A stretch of 64,000 nt of DNA from a virus (taxonomy: Duplodnaviria; Heunggongvirae; Uroviricota; Caudoviricetes), in the IMG/VR virus record IMGVR_UViG_3300049825_000338, positions 20,600-84,599 of that record; one strand, given 5' to 3'. Within the stretch, counting starts at the first letter, position 1; each line of letters starts with the position of its first letter. Made by a program: the position numbers and the translations under genes. The notes under the pieces were generated by a model that worked only from the letters and a program-made list of their open reading frames with translations, was not told where the DNA came from and ran no database searches. Of this stretch, positions 8,566 through 17,612 are shown one piece after another.

Positions 8566-9594
8566 TCAGAACGTGATGTACCGTTTGCGCTTTGGTTGCC
8601 CAAACCCAATCGCAAGAGCACCCAGACCAGCCAGCATTGATCCAATTCCGATCATCAACATCATTGAGCTGCCGTCTGATCCTGTCTTAGGAAGTACTGA
8701 TCCGGAGTGAGGGTTTGGTGTGGGAGCTGTAGGAGGAGGCACACCGACTGTCGACACTGGAGGCAGCCCTACATCAACTGTTGTACTTGGTGCGGTGGCT
8801 ACCGTTGTAGTTGGTGCTGGAGCTGTTGATGTTGGGGCCGGGAGCGTGGTTGACGGGGCTGGTGCGGTTGTCGTGGGGGCAGGTGGCTGCGTTGTTGTCG
8901 GAACAGTCGATGTGGGCGGAGTGTCACAGTTTGTGCGTACAACATAATCCATCTCTTGACCGTAGTACATCACGGTGACGGTGTGATCCCCGGAGTTACG
9001 TTCGAAAGTAAAGACTCGCGTCTCGGTGGTGTTGGCAAGAACAACGATGGTGTCATACGTGCTGTCCTTACCATCAATCTCGATCATGAACACGGCGGCT
9101 TCGCCATTTTTTCCATGAGGCACTTCTAGAACGTTTGTAAGCTTTACTACGGCCTTACCGCAAGAAACTTCAACAGAATAGTTGGGATTAGCTGGAACCA
9201 GACTGTCGTCAATTGTTGTAGTTGACTCGTAGTCGTCGTCGTCATCATCAACCGTGGTGTCGGTGCCGTCGTCAGTTGACGGAGGAGTTGACTCGTGACC
9301 GTCGTCGTTACCGTCTGGACTTGTGGTTTCTGACTCTTCATCATCGTTCTCGTCGTTCGATGTTGACGGATAGGTCGGAGGAATGCTGACCGTTACAGGC
9401 GGATAGGTGGCCTCGTCGTCATCGTTCTTGCAGTTATCTTCACCATCGTTCTTGCTAGCGTAGAGACTTTCGCACTTGTCTGACGACTTCGGTGATTCGT
9501 CATTGCCTCTAAAGTTAGCAACCATGGATGACCCGAAGGACAGGGCTGTTGTAGCGACTACTGAGCTAATTACACGTTTGATCATGATGACCAC
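8566..9594 (-). CDS. LPXTG cell-wall-anchored surface protein (sortase substrate)
   Basis: N-terminal signal peptide, acidic D/E-rich region, Thr/Pro-rich region, C-terminal LPKTG followed by a hydrophobic segment and KRKR tail. Confidence 0.7.
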   Translation of the reverse strand: MVIMIKRVISSVVATTALSFGSSMVANFRGNDESPKSSDKCESLYASKNDGEDNCKNDDDEATYPPVTVSIPPTYPSTSNDENDDEESETTSPDGNDDGHESTPPSTDDGTDTTVDDDDDDYESTTTIDDSLVPANPNYSVEVSCGKAVVKLTNVLEVPHGKNGEAAVFMIEIDGKDSTYDTIVVLANTTETRVFTFERNSGDHTVTVMYYGQEMDYVVRTNCDTPPTSTVPTTTQPPAPTTTAPAPSTTLPAPTSTAPAPTTTVATAPSTTVDVGLPPVSTVGVPPPTAPTPNPHSGSVLPKTGSDGSSMMLMIGIGSMLAGLGALAIGFGQPKRKRYITF

Positions 9595-9597
9595 TAT

Positions 9598-9625
9598 ACG
9601 CTAGATTCTCGCTGGACGCAAGCAA
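9598..9625 (-). promoter_or_regulatory. putative promoter of LPXTG gene
   Basis: minus: TTGCTT (9620-9625), 16 nt, TAGCGT (9598-9603); AGAAATTGTAAAG element just upstream, as at the 43.1 kb and 43.3 kb promoters. Confidence 0.35.
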
Positions 9626-9643
9626 CTTTACAATTTCTTGCCA

Positions 9644-10906
9644 TCAGGAAGACAACTCCATGTCCGGAACGTCGGCCTCAGCAGCCAGGCCCTCACCCAC
9701 GCGGAACGTCAAACCCTTGTGCTTCAAGGCATAGGTACGACCCTCTGGCGTCTCAACACGGGCAACCACGCCCTCGATAGGATGCGACTCGTCTAGAGGG
9801 TCCGGACCATCAAAATACACCTCAGCAATCTTAACTGTATAATGAGGATCAGCAGCTTCGTGAATGTGCCGAGCAATCTCTCTGACGTGAGGAACGCCGA
9901 GCTGCGCAGCACGATGCTTGACCTGCGGCCATGAAAGCTCTACAGAAACAGGAGCACCGAAAGCGTCTTCGGTTGTCTGTGTGACTCGGTAGATGTACAC
10001 ACCAATCGAGCCATCAATCTGGCCGTACTTGTAGGTAACACCATCGCCCCACTTCTTAAAGTCCTTCGTATCCTTGAAGTTGTGTCGACCCATGATCGGG
10101 CTGTCCTGAGCCGTGTAACCGACAATCTCGTAGTAGACGATCTCGCCCTTGTGAAGCTTGCCATCGAACAACGAAGCTGCTCGCTTGCGGAATGATTCGT
10201 CCAGGTAGTAGCCAGGGCCGTCAAACTGGTCAAGCACCGTATTACGCGTACCGGTCAAGTACATCCATTCAAACGACTCCGCTGACTTCGTCGGTCGTCG
10301 AAAAAGCTTCTCGATGAGTGTGCGCTTCTCTGTGCTCTCAACCTTGTCGAGCACGTGGCCTGTTCGGCCGCTGGTGCCGTGCATCTTGTGCGTGAAGTAC
10401 ACCATCGAGCCGTCAGGAATCTGATCGAAGTAGTAACCTAGCTGTTCGGTGTCAAAATGCTTCGCAAAGAACGGATTTGACCGTCGAAGCTTGTGATCAT
10501 TCGGACCACCAGCTGCCTTAGTCTTCGGTACATGCTTGAGGCACACTTCGTGACCATTCAATTCCGTGAATATGTCACCGGACTTCAGTGCTGACAGATC
10601 GTAGCCTGTGTAAGCGAGCGATGACAATGGTGCAATGTAGCCGTCAGATGACTCGCCACGAAACTTCTGTGGGCGAACGCGCAACGAGTCGGGGAAGTAC
10701 CCGCCGTCCTTGGACCGTAGCCTGTTCTCGGTTGCATACTCATCGGAGACTGCTAACTCCGAAGAGAAAAAGACGACAAGCTCACCGTCTGTCGTGTCCA
10801 GCCCGACAACAACCTGAAAGCCGCCCACCTGAGCGAGCTTCAGTCGGTCTGCATTTGGGTGCGGACGAATCGACGCCTGTGTAATGAATGCTCCGTGCGT
10901 TGTCAT
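9644..10906 (-). CDS. RNA ligase with N-terminal tRNA-binding (OB-fold) domain
   Basis: HPNADRLKLAQV (tRNA-binding domain signature), KMHGTSGR resembling ligase motif I (KxDG variant); adjacent phosphoesterase genes. Confidence 0.55.
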   Translation of the reverse strand: MTTHGAFITQASIRPHPNADRLKLAQVGGFQVVVGLDTTDGELVVFFSSELAVSDEYATENRLRSKDGGYFPDSLRVRPQKFRGESSDGYIAPLSSLAYTGYDLSALKSGDIFTELNGHEVCLKHVPKTKAAGGPNDHKLRRSNPFFAKHFDTEQLGYYFDQIPDGSMVYFTHKMHGTSGRTGHVLDKVESTEKRTLIEKLFRRPTKSAESFEWMYLTGTRNTVLDQFDGPGYYLDESFRKRAASLFDGKLHKGEIVYYEIVGYTAQDSPIMGRHNFKDTKDFKKWGDGVTYKYGQIDGSIGVYIYRVTQTTEDAFGAPVSVELSWPQVKHRAAQLGVPHVREIARHIHEAADPHYTVKIAEVYFDGPDPLDESHPIEGVVARVETPEGRTYALKHKGLTFRVGEGLAAEADVPDMELSS

Positions 10907-11565
10907 GATGCTCTCTTTCGTGCAATAGAAATTTCTTTGATCAATTCTTGCAAGCTTAACGGCCCTTCGATCCAGCTGTCAACTCCAACGTGAAATGAAT
11001 TCATATCGTCATGGGCGACTTGGCCGTGAGTGTGCCCGTGTACCAAAACGGTTCCGTCTCTGAAGTCCTCGCGCTTTGGGTACCACTTCGCGATGTCGTA
11101 ACCTCGGTCAGCGTCGTCGTGATCTGGAGTGCCAAACCATGGAAAGTGACTGAAAATGGTGCCCTCCAATTCAGGAGCGATAGTGACACCGGCCATAATT
11201 GTAGGGTGGATGGTGAACGTACCTTCGTACAACTCACGAGCACCTTTAGCTCGTTCGGGATTCTTGTGTTGTGCTGCTGGGTGAACGTTGTCGTGGTTGC
11301 CTGGAATCAAGTGCTTGATTCCGTTCAAGTTCTCAGCCATCCATGGAATCGACACAGACCGAGTACCCATAGCGGCATCGCCCACGATCCAGATGTGGTC
11401 GTCCTTACCGACAACTCTATTCCAGGCTGTTTGCAGCACGGCGTTATGTGTCTCGACAGTGCCATCAAACATAGCTCCCTGACGAAATTTCTCAGCCAGA
11501 TTGGTGTGAAAGAAGTGCGTATCACTCCAGAAAAACGTGTTCATAGGGTTACACTCTACCCGCAA
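10903..11565 (-). CDS. calcineurin-like metallophosphoesterase
   Basis: DTHF, GDAAMG, GNHD, GHTHG motifs. Confidence 0.7.
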   Translation of the reverse strand: MRVECNPMNTFFWSDTHFFHTNLAEKFRQGAMFDGTVETHNAVLQTAWNRVVGKDDHIWIVGDAAMGTRSVSIPWMAENLNGIKHLIPGNHDNVHPAAQHKNPERAKGARELYEGTFTIHPTIMAGVTIAPELEGTIFSHFPWFGTPDHDDADRGYDIAKWYPKREDFRDGTVLVHGHTHGQVAHDDMNSFHVGVDSWIEGPLSLQELIKEISIARKRAS

Positions 11566-11577
11566 AACCTAGATATG

Positions 11578-12357
11578 TCAAGTGCTGTACAGAAACTGAT
11601 TCAACGTAACAATCGTGTCGAGAACCGTGTCAAGAACTCTGGCAGAACTGTGAAGCGTAACGCCCTGGCTTGACTCAGCCAAGCCGGTGCAGTGAAAGCC
11701 GTCTACATTGTAATCTTCGTTCATATGCCAGTGACCATGGACAAGTCGTTCAGGTCTGATTTCGTTTAGGCACTGGCGAATGAGGTTCTGCCCTGCCCTG
11801 CTCCCCTTACGGTGCTGCTCGGGGATTCGACTCTGAAAGTCGTCATGACCGTACTTATGAAGTACCAGGCTTACCGGTGCTTCGTGAGTCAGTAGAATGT
11901 GCGCTCGCTTGCCACGAACAAACTCAAGCGAGCTAGGCGAAACAACCTCTTCATCAAAGTAGGAGTGCCCAAGAGAGCGCATGTCACGATCGATGGAATA
12001 GGCACCACCAATGGCGATTATGTCCGTCTCATTCCAGCGCCATGCGCCGTGACGAGGCACAAACTGTGTGCCTTCGACGTCCACAAACGGACCTTCTTCC
12101 AGAAGATAGCCCGAAAGAGACTTCCAATCTTCGTGATTACCCGGCAACCAGAAAAGTGCTACACCGGTTTTGGACTGCTCTTGCCTGGCTACGGAGAGAA
12201 AACGCTGACCAGCTTCGTTACGTGGCCAATATCCGAAATCGCCCATCTGAAAGATGGCATCAATGCCGCTGTCTTGCGCAACCTTGAATGCCGACAGCAG
12301 AGCATAGGTGTCACAGTGAGTGTCACCTAGAAGGAGTACGAAGCGAGGGTCGGTCAT
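11578..12357 (-). CDS. calcineurin-like metallophosphoesterase
   Basis: LLGDTHCD, MGDFGYWP, GNHEDW, LLTHEAP motifs. Confidence 0.7.
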   Translation of the reverse strand: MTDPRFVLLLGDTHCDTYALLSAFKVAQDSGIDAIFQMGDFGYWPRNEAGQRFLSVARQEQSKTGVALFWLPGNHEDWKSLSGYLLEEGPFVDVEGTQFVPRHGAWRWNETDIIAIGGAYSIDRDMRSLGHSYFDEEVVSPSSLEFVRGKRAHILLTHEAPVSLVLHKYGHDDFQSRIPEQHRKGSRAGQNLIRQCLNEIRPERLVHGHWHMNEDYNVDGFHCTGLAESSQGVTLHSSARVLDTVLDTIVTLNQFLYST

Positions 12358-12371
12358 CAGTCTAGTCTACT

Positions 12372-13016
12372 TTAAACGCTTTGGTTTGTCAACTCACTGA
12401 TGCGAACGGATAGTAGCCAGTCGTTAATGGTGCTGTAGTCAGGAAGTTCGTTTAGGCGGGATGCATAACTAGTCACCTGCTCAAAGAGACTCCGAACCGT
12501 CGAGATATCGGCATTGCGACAAAAGTCAATCTGTGCGTCTGTCAGTGCCGGGGTGATTGTTCCCCAGTAAAGAAGTGACTGTAGCTGTAGTGACAGACGA
12601 GCAGCATGGCGCAACAGCTTGGGATCGTCCTTACCGACGCGTGCGTAGCGGATCAGTTGATTGTTGATGTACCCCTTGTATGCTCTCACAGCTTCATTAC
12701 TCAAAAAACAGTGACGAAGCTCAACTAATTCAACTCCGGTCTTTGTCAGCGTCTCGTGAGACGGCAGCCACAGTACTTCATTGACCGTTGGATTACCTTT
12801 CAAAGCTAGAGCGCAAAATCGGCCTAACTCGTGATACGTTGTGTCAAACGGCTCGTGACTTTGAATACTCACGTTCTTGTCATACTCAATACCAAGAACT
12901 TTTCGCGTCGGCGCAAGCTGAACTTCTATATAATCATAATCGGAGTCGGGTGTCTCTAATCCGTAGGCACGTGAACCCACCAAAGCCTTAAGAATCGTGA
13001 TCATGGTGAAGCGCAA
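12372..13016 (-). CDS. nucleotidyltransferase-fold (Pol beta-like) protein
   Basis: LVGSRAYGLETPDSDYDY matches G[SG]x(9-13)DxD NTase motif. Confidence 0.5.
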   Translation of the reverse strand: MRFTMITILKALVGSRAYGLETPDSDYDYIEVQLAPTRKVLGIEYDKNVSIQSHEPFDTTYHELGRFCALALKGNPTVNEVLWLPSHETLTKTGVELVELRHCFLSNEAVRAYKGYINNQLIRYARVGKDDPKLLRHAARLSLQLQSLLYWGTITPALTDAQIDFCRNADISTVRSLFEQVTSYASRLNELPDYSTINDWLLSVRISELTNQSV

Positions 13017-13173
13017 TATACCGTGTCTGTTGCGTCGTTGTCACGCTGATCTACGCAAACGTAGCGACCTAGAAATGTGGCCAGTAGACGTGCAGACAAC
13101 ATAGCGTGCACTTCGATCATAGTCTTTAGTAGCAGGATCGGTCGACGCTTGCCCGTTGTCCACACATCATAAA

Positions 13174-13455
13174 TCACTTTACAAGAACCTTCTGCTTGTA
13201 CGTCTTCAAACCGTAATGCACTTGAAGAGCGTCTTCGACGGTTTCGGCCGTTCCTCGTTCAGAGCACGTAGCCATAATCTGCATCGAGATGTTTGCCGGG
13301 TCAAGACCGCTACCTGTCAACGTGTCCTGACGCTTACCAGCAACGGCAGCGCGATGAGACCAAAGACGCTTTTTCGGATGTTCCGTGACCCCGATGTAGG
13401 CTGGTTGACCGTTAATGATTCCGGAATGTACTGCGTACACATAAAATTGCTTCAC
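13174..13455 (-). CDS. GIY-YIG nuclease domain protein (catalytic domain only)
   Basis: FYVYAV...YIGVTEHPKKRLWSHR. Confidence 0.6.
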   Translation of the reverse strand: MKQFYVYAVHSGIINGQPAYIGVTEHPKKRLWSHRAAVAGKRQDTLTGSGLDPANISMQIMATCSERGTAETVEDALQVHYGLKTYKQKVLVK

Positions 13456-13757
13456 TTGTTTGCCAACTCTCTGATTGAAGGGTTTGCCCCAGATATTCCT
13501 AGGTGCTTATGAACGGCTTTTCTAAGCCTCCTGGTATAAAGTGTATGTCTGTCAAAGGGATGAGGATTATCCAGATAGGTCATGTATCCACAACGAACTT
13601 TTAAGTCACCAAGATCAAATTGCCAGAACCTGTTATCGTTGTCGCCATAAAGTCGTTTAAAGTTTGTTGCGCGACCGGCCTTAACTCCGCTAACTACAAC
13701 GGAATACCACCAAAGTCCTCGTGCTTTCGATTTCTCAATTCGGATACCTTCAGCCAC
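13452..13757 (-). CDS. hypothetical protein (ATGA-coupled to GIY-YIG gene)
   Basis: ORF; start/stop overlap. Confidence 0.4.
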   Translation of the reverse strand: MAEGIRIEKSKARGLWWYSVVVSGVKAGRATNFKRLYGDNDNRFWQFDLGDLKVRCGYMTYLDNPHPFDRHTLYTRRLRKAVHKHLGISGANPSIRELANK

Positions 13758-15213
13758 GGAGACGTTCTCTGATCTTGTCTAGCGTGTTGTCTTCGGCATA
13801 GTCCATCGAAATCAAACTGTCTACGAACGCTGGTCGAAGAAGATCGCGTGTAGACGACTCCTGCTCTTCTGGAGATAGGCCATCATTCAGAACGAGTTTG
13901 CCGTTCTCACGAGTCACCGTCAAGAATCCAGTTGCAGACTTCTTCAGGCCGTCATCAGTCACTGGGTCTTTGGCAAGAAAGTGAATCTTTCCGTTGATCT
14001 CGGCTGCTGTAGCCTTCATGGCCCACCCGAACGTATCGCGAGTTACGTACTGGTATGTGTAGCTGCCAATACCGAGCACAACTTCTGGAGCGTAGCCAGC
14101 GGACTGAAGTCGAGCAAGAATTTCTTGCGCTCGATCAAACGTAATGGCGTCTCCATAAATCACGCCAACCTTAGGATTGAGCACTCTGTAACCTTGAGTG
14201 TTCGTTGTGCTTCCAAATACTTTGTCAAGAAGACGGACAACGCCTTTCGATTCATCAGAATCAGCAGGTGCGTCAGGATCACCGCAAATGATCTTTACCG
14301 GGTCGCCACTGTCAGGACGGATCACGAGCTTGCCGTCACGAGCCTCAATTTCTTCCTTAAGGTCAGGAAGAATGTTGTTGATCACGTTCCACAAGTCCCA
14401 AGTGTCAGAAACAACCGAGACAATCCCAGAAGGGTACAGGTGCAAAAGTCGATTGAATGTCTCTCGCTCGTCCATTTTTGATCCAGCGCACATCACTGAG
14501 TGCTCGGTAGCAGCCACTGAGCCACCGATGAGTCCTTGACCGTCGTAGTAGTGCTCAAGCAGCTTGATTGCTGGGATGGTGTCCGTGCCCGTAAAGCTGA
14601 GAAGGTGGCCAGCGCCTGAGATAGCGGCGCTTTCTGGACTGGACATGCCGCGGAAACTGAAGTCATGACCTTGCCACTGCACGAACTCTGGTGCTACACC
14701 GGTAGCGGCTGCGCTACGGTCAAACAACTTTCGGTATCTGTCCGCAGTCGTAGCTGACGTCGATGGCAGCCACAGGACGCTGGACAGCAGCGTCTCGATA
14801 TAGTTGGTCAGCCAGAAGAACTCTGGGTCAGTATTTTCGACCGTAAGAACGGGAACCCTCATCGGCACTCTCGTGCCCTCGTCCAAAGCCATGATGGCAA
14901 TCGGAAGACGTTGCAACTTATGCAGTGCTTCGATGTGGTCGACGCCGATATTGTTGGGTCCGAGGTAGCTATCCAAGAACTCGCGATACTCCGCAACCGC
15001 TACGTCACAGGGGGTATCGAACCATTCATTGAACTCGTCAACAAGATACTTCTGCATGAAATAGCGAAGACCAAAGAACACAATCTCGTCAACACCCTCA
15101 ATGCGTGATCCTCGCGGCGTCAGGTTAGAGTAGACAAACGTCGTTCCTTCTGGATACTGACGACGGTGGTCTACCTTGTAGCCGTCAGTTAGCAAGATTG
15201 CTGGTGTGTTCAC
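13750..15213 (-). CDS. nadV: nicotinamide phosphoribosyltransferase (NAMPT)
   Basis: LLTDGYKVDH, VENTDPEFFWLTNYIETLL, GHDFSFRG, VVSDTWDLWN match NAMPT family blocks. Confidence 0.85.
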   Translation of the reverse strand: MNTPAILLTDGYKVDHRRQYPEGTTFVYSNLTPRGSRIEGVDEIVFFGLRYFMQKYLVDEFNEWFDTPCDVAVAEYREFLDSYLGPNNIGVDHIEALHKLQRLPIAIMALDEGTRVPMRVPVLTVENTDPEFFWLTNYIETLLSSVLWLPSTSATTADRYRKLFDRSAAATGVAPEFVQWQGHDFSFRGMSSPESAAISGAGHLLSFTGTDTIPAIKLLEHYYDGQGLIGGSVAATEHSVMCAGSKMDERETFNRLLHLYPSGIVSVVSDTWDLWNVINNILPDLKEEIEARDGKLVIRPDSGDPVKIICGDPDAPADSDESKGVVRLLDKVFGSTTNTQGYRVLNPKVGVIYGDAITFDRAQEILARLQSAGYAPEVVLGIGSYTYQYVTRDTFGWAMKATAAEINGKIHFLAKDPVTDDGLKKSATGFLTVTRENGKLVLNDGLSPEEQESSTRDLLRPAFVDSLISMDYAEDNTLDKIRERLRG

Positions 15214-16129
15214 GGTGGAACCTTTCGATTAGATTAGCAATTGAATACGTGCGAGTTACGTTCACGTTTGGATGAGCATACGAGTCTGTCGTAAGAATAT
15301 GTGTGTACCGTTTCAGTAGTTCTGATGTGCCTTTCGAAAAGATACCATGAGATACCCACAGCGACAATGGCACTCTACCGCCAACTATGTCAGCAAGACC
15401 ATGAAATGTTGCACCACCATCACAGATATCGTCAACAACAAGCCCGTTAGTGACGCCTTCCGGAATAGCGAGAGACTCGTACCCAGTGATACTGCCGGTG
15501 TCGAAGTTTCGTTTCTTTATTCCGTAGCTCACTTTCTTAATCCCTAGGAATTCTGCAAACGCTTCGGCGCGACCTACTGCCCCATGATCTGGAGTAATGA
15601 CCCAATCAAACTTTGGCATCCATACTTCAGCCTTTGCCAGAACTTCGTGAGCGCTGTAGACAACAACGTTTTTGTTCCAGTTATGAAGCCAATTCAGTGA
15701 ATGAGGATCAAACACGCCGACATAATCGCAAGCGTCCATGAAGTAATCCATGATGATGGAAGCCGTATCGGGCGTTCCATTTTGTTGACGATCCTGACGT
15801 CCTCCGTAGATATACGGAATGAATGCAGAGACGTAGGCACCAGCACCAACCAAAGCATCTACCAGCAGCATCGACCGAAACATACATGATGTCGAACTAT
15901 GGTCAACAACCAACGTCATTTCAAGTCCAGCAAACTTCGGTGGATCAGTCAACTGCACCTGCTGTGCTCCATCAGGAAAAACAAACTCGGCGTACCACGA
16001 CTGATCTGTCTGATACAGGATCATAGCACTGAACGATTTAGGTAAAGTAGACCAGCGCACAGCAACACTCCAAGGATCAGCACTACCGCTCCCATGGCCA
16101 ACGCCCGCTGCTAGCGAGTCCGACAACAC
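15185..16129 (-). CDS. prs: ribose-phosphate pyrophosphokinase (PRPP synthetase); likely start at MILYQT (~16024)
   Basis: IPYIYGGRQDRQ (Prs hallmark) and VVDDICDGGATF PRPP-binding loop. Confidence 0.8.
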   Translation of the reverse strand: MLSDSLAAGVGHGSGSADPWSVAVRWSTLPKSFSAMILYQTDQSWYAEFVFPDGAQQVQLTDPPKFAGLEMTLVVDHSSTSCMFRSMLLVDALVGAGAYVSAFIPYIYGGRQDRQQNGTPDTASIIMDYFMDACDYVGVFDPHSLNWLHNWNKNVVVYSAHEVLAKAEVWMPKFDWVITPDHGAVGRAEAFAEFLGIKKVSYGIKKRNFDTGSITGYESLAIPEGVTNGLVVDDICDGGATFHGLADIVGGRVPLSLWVSHGIFSKGTSELLKRYTHILTTDSYAHPNVNVTRTYSIANLIERFHREHTSNLAN

Positions 16130-17612
16130 TAGGAATCAGATCAAGAATCTGATCCGAAAATCCGCCGACAACAAAGCGGTTATGTGAGCCATGCTGGGCA
16201 TGGGCAACTGCGTATCCGGCGACATTCCATGTGACTACAGGAACGTTAACGATGCTGGTATCTCTAACCGACGTCTGCTCATCTGTCAAGATGATAACCA
16301 GATCGTACCTGCCTCGTCGGAATGCTTCTGACGTGCAGTGCCACGTGTCAGTGCCGCCGTTAGGACGGAACCATCCAGAATTCACGACACCTAGAACAGA
16401 CTGTGTGTCGAGATGAGCGTTCTTCTGTTCACGAAGAAGGCGAGTATCGTAGCTCACGATATCGGCTGACTTAGCTCGTCTAGCAAGTGTAACTGCAAAT
16501 AGTCCTGCAACCTGCGATCTCGTAGGAGACGTTCCCCGGCTGTCGTTTCCGACGCGTGTGCCCATAGAGCCAGAGCAGTCAACCATAATAAGAACGTTCT
16601 TGTTGATTAACGGAAGGTTCTTCACCGACTCTTCTAACGCATCGTTCAACGGCTGCTTGAAGCGATCGCTCTTTGTGTTCATGTACGCAGACAAGAAGCG
16701 ATACGGAAGCTGCTTGGACTTAGCTACTTCTTCAGCGTTTGCGATTCGGGCTGCCGCCTTAGCAAGTTCTTTAACGGGAACGTGAGCGTCTTCTAGGTTG
16801 CGCAGGTTGCGCAGAAGCGCCATGTAGCCTAGCTCTGGAACTAGTGCAGACCATGCAGACGCATCCAGGCCTCCAGGCAGCCATGAACCAAGACGTTCCC
16901 ATGAGAAGCCAGCCGACACGGCCTCGTCTAGCCGTGCACGTCGCTCAGCTGCTGGAATGCTCTGAAGATTCAGAACTTGAGAAATTCGTCCTAGCTCTTC
17001 GGGAGTACTTACGGCATTACGTCGTCGATCAAGCGCAAACTTGAACAGCGCAGACTGCTTCTCTGTTGACGGTATAGGGTGCACAATCTCGATGACGTCA
17101 CCGAACCGCCAGCCCTTATTAGAGCCGTCGTAGCGAAGCAACGCGTTCTCTGTGTACAGGCGTTTCACAGCATCACCAATGCCGCGCTTTAGCGCCATTG
17201 GCATCTGGCGACCGTACTGGCTGAACCAGTAACCGAGCATTTCTCCCGGCTCGTCAGCGCGCTGAAGAACGGAGTTAACAACCGAACGAGCGTTCGGTCC
17301 CTTCATCCGAGCGTACTCTGCTGCAATGACAAGCGAGGCCGAACGAATGTTTGCCTCATTGCGGAGCCACTTCACGAACGGAGCAATCCATGACGGATCA
17401 CACCTACTCACCAATGTCGCAAGACGATCAAGCTGGTCAGCGCCGCTTTCGTAGAACTGATCCTTGAGGAGTCCGGATACGGCCGTCAGAAACAACTCTG
17501 TTTGAGCAGTGTTCTCGAATCCTAGTCCGCCTTCAAACGTCTGTACTCGGTTGGTTGTTGATGCCAGTAGTGCTGGCCGCGCCTTGGCTGGTGTGTTACT
17601 GAATCGTGCCAT
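16083..17612 (-). CDS. rsr: Ro60-like TROVE domain protein with C-terminal vWA domain
   Basis: alpha-helical TROVE-like N-terminal ~340 aa (QFYESG...IAAEYARM), then vWA MIDAS motif VLIMVDCSGSMG and downstream T/D motifs. Confidence 0.6.
   Translation of the reverse strand: MARFSNTPAKARPALLASTTNRVQTFEGGLGFENTAQTELFLTAVSGLLKDQFYESGADQLDRLATLVSRCDPSWIAPFVKWLRNEANIRSASLVIAAEYARMKGPNARSVVNSVLQRADEPGEMLGYWFSQYGRQMPMALKRGIGDAVKRLYTENALLRYDGSNKGWRFGDVIEIVHPIPSTEKQSALFKFALDRRRNAVSTPEELGRISQVLNLQSIPAAERRARLDEAVSAGFSWERLGSWLPGGLDASAWSALVPELGYMALLRNLRNLEDAHVPVKELAKAAARIANAEEVAKSKQLPYRFLSAYMNTKSDRFKQPLNDALEESVKNLPLINKNVLIMVDCSGSMGTRVGNDSRGTSPTRSQVAGLFAVTLARRAKSADIVSYDTRLLREQKNAHLDTQSVLGVVNSGWFRPNGGTDTWHCTSEAFRRGRYDLVIILTDEQTSVRDTSIVNVPVVTWNVAGYAVAHAQHGSHNRFVVGGFSDQILDLIPSVVGLASSGRWPWER

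Noticed and set aside
11011-11673. 220-aa plus-strand ORF exactly antisense to the metallophosphoesterase gene
   Set aside because: The minus-strand frame carries all calcineurin-like motifs; the plus ORF has no recognisable features and is the mirror of a coding region.
11815-11835. GAGTCGAATCCCC (minus strand), resembling a tRNA T-loop
   Set aside because: It lies inside the phosphoesterase coding region and has GTCGAAT instead of TTCGAAT, with no partner stems.
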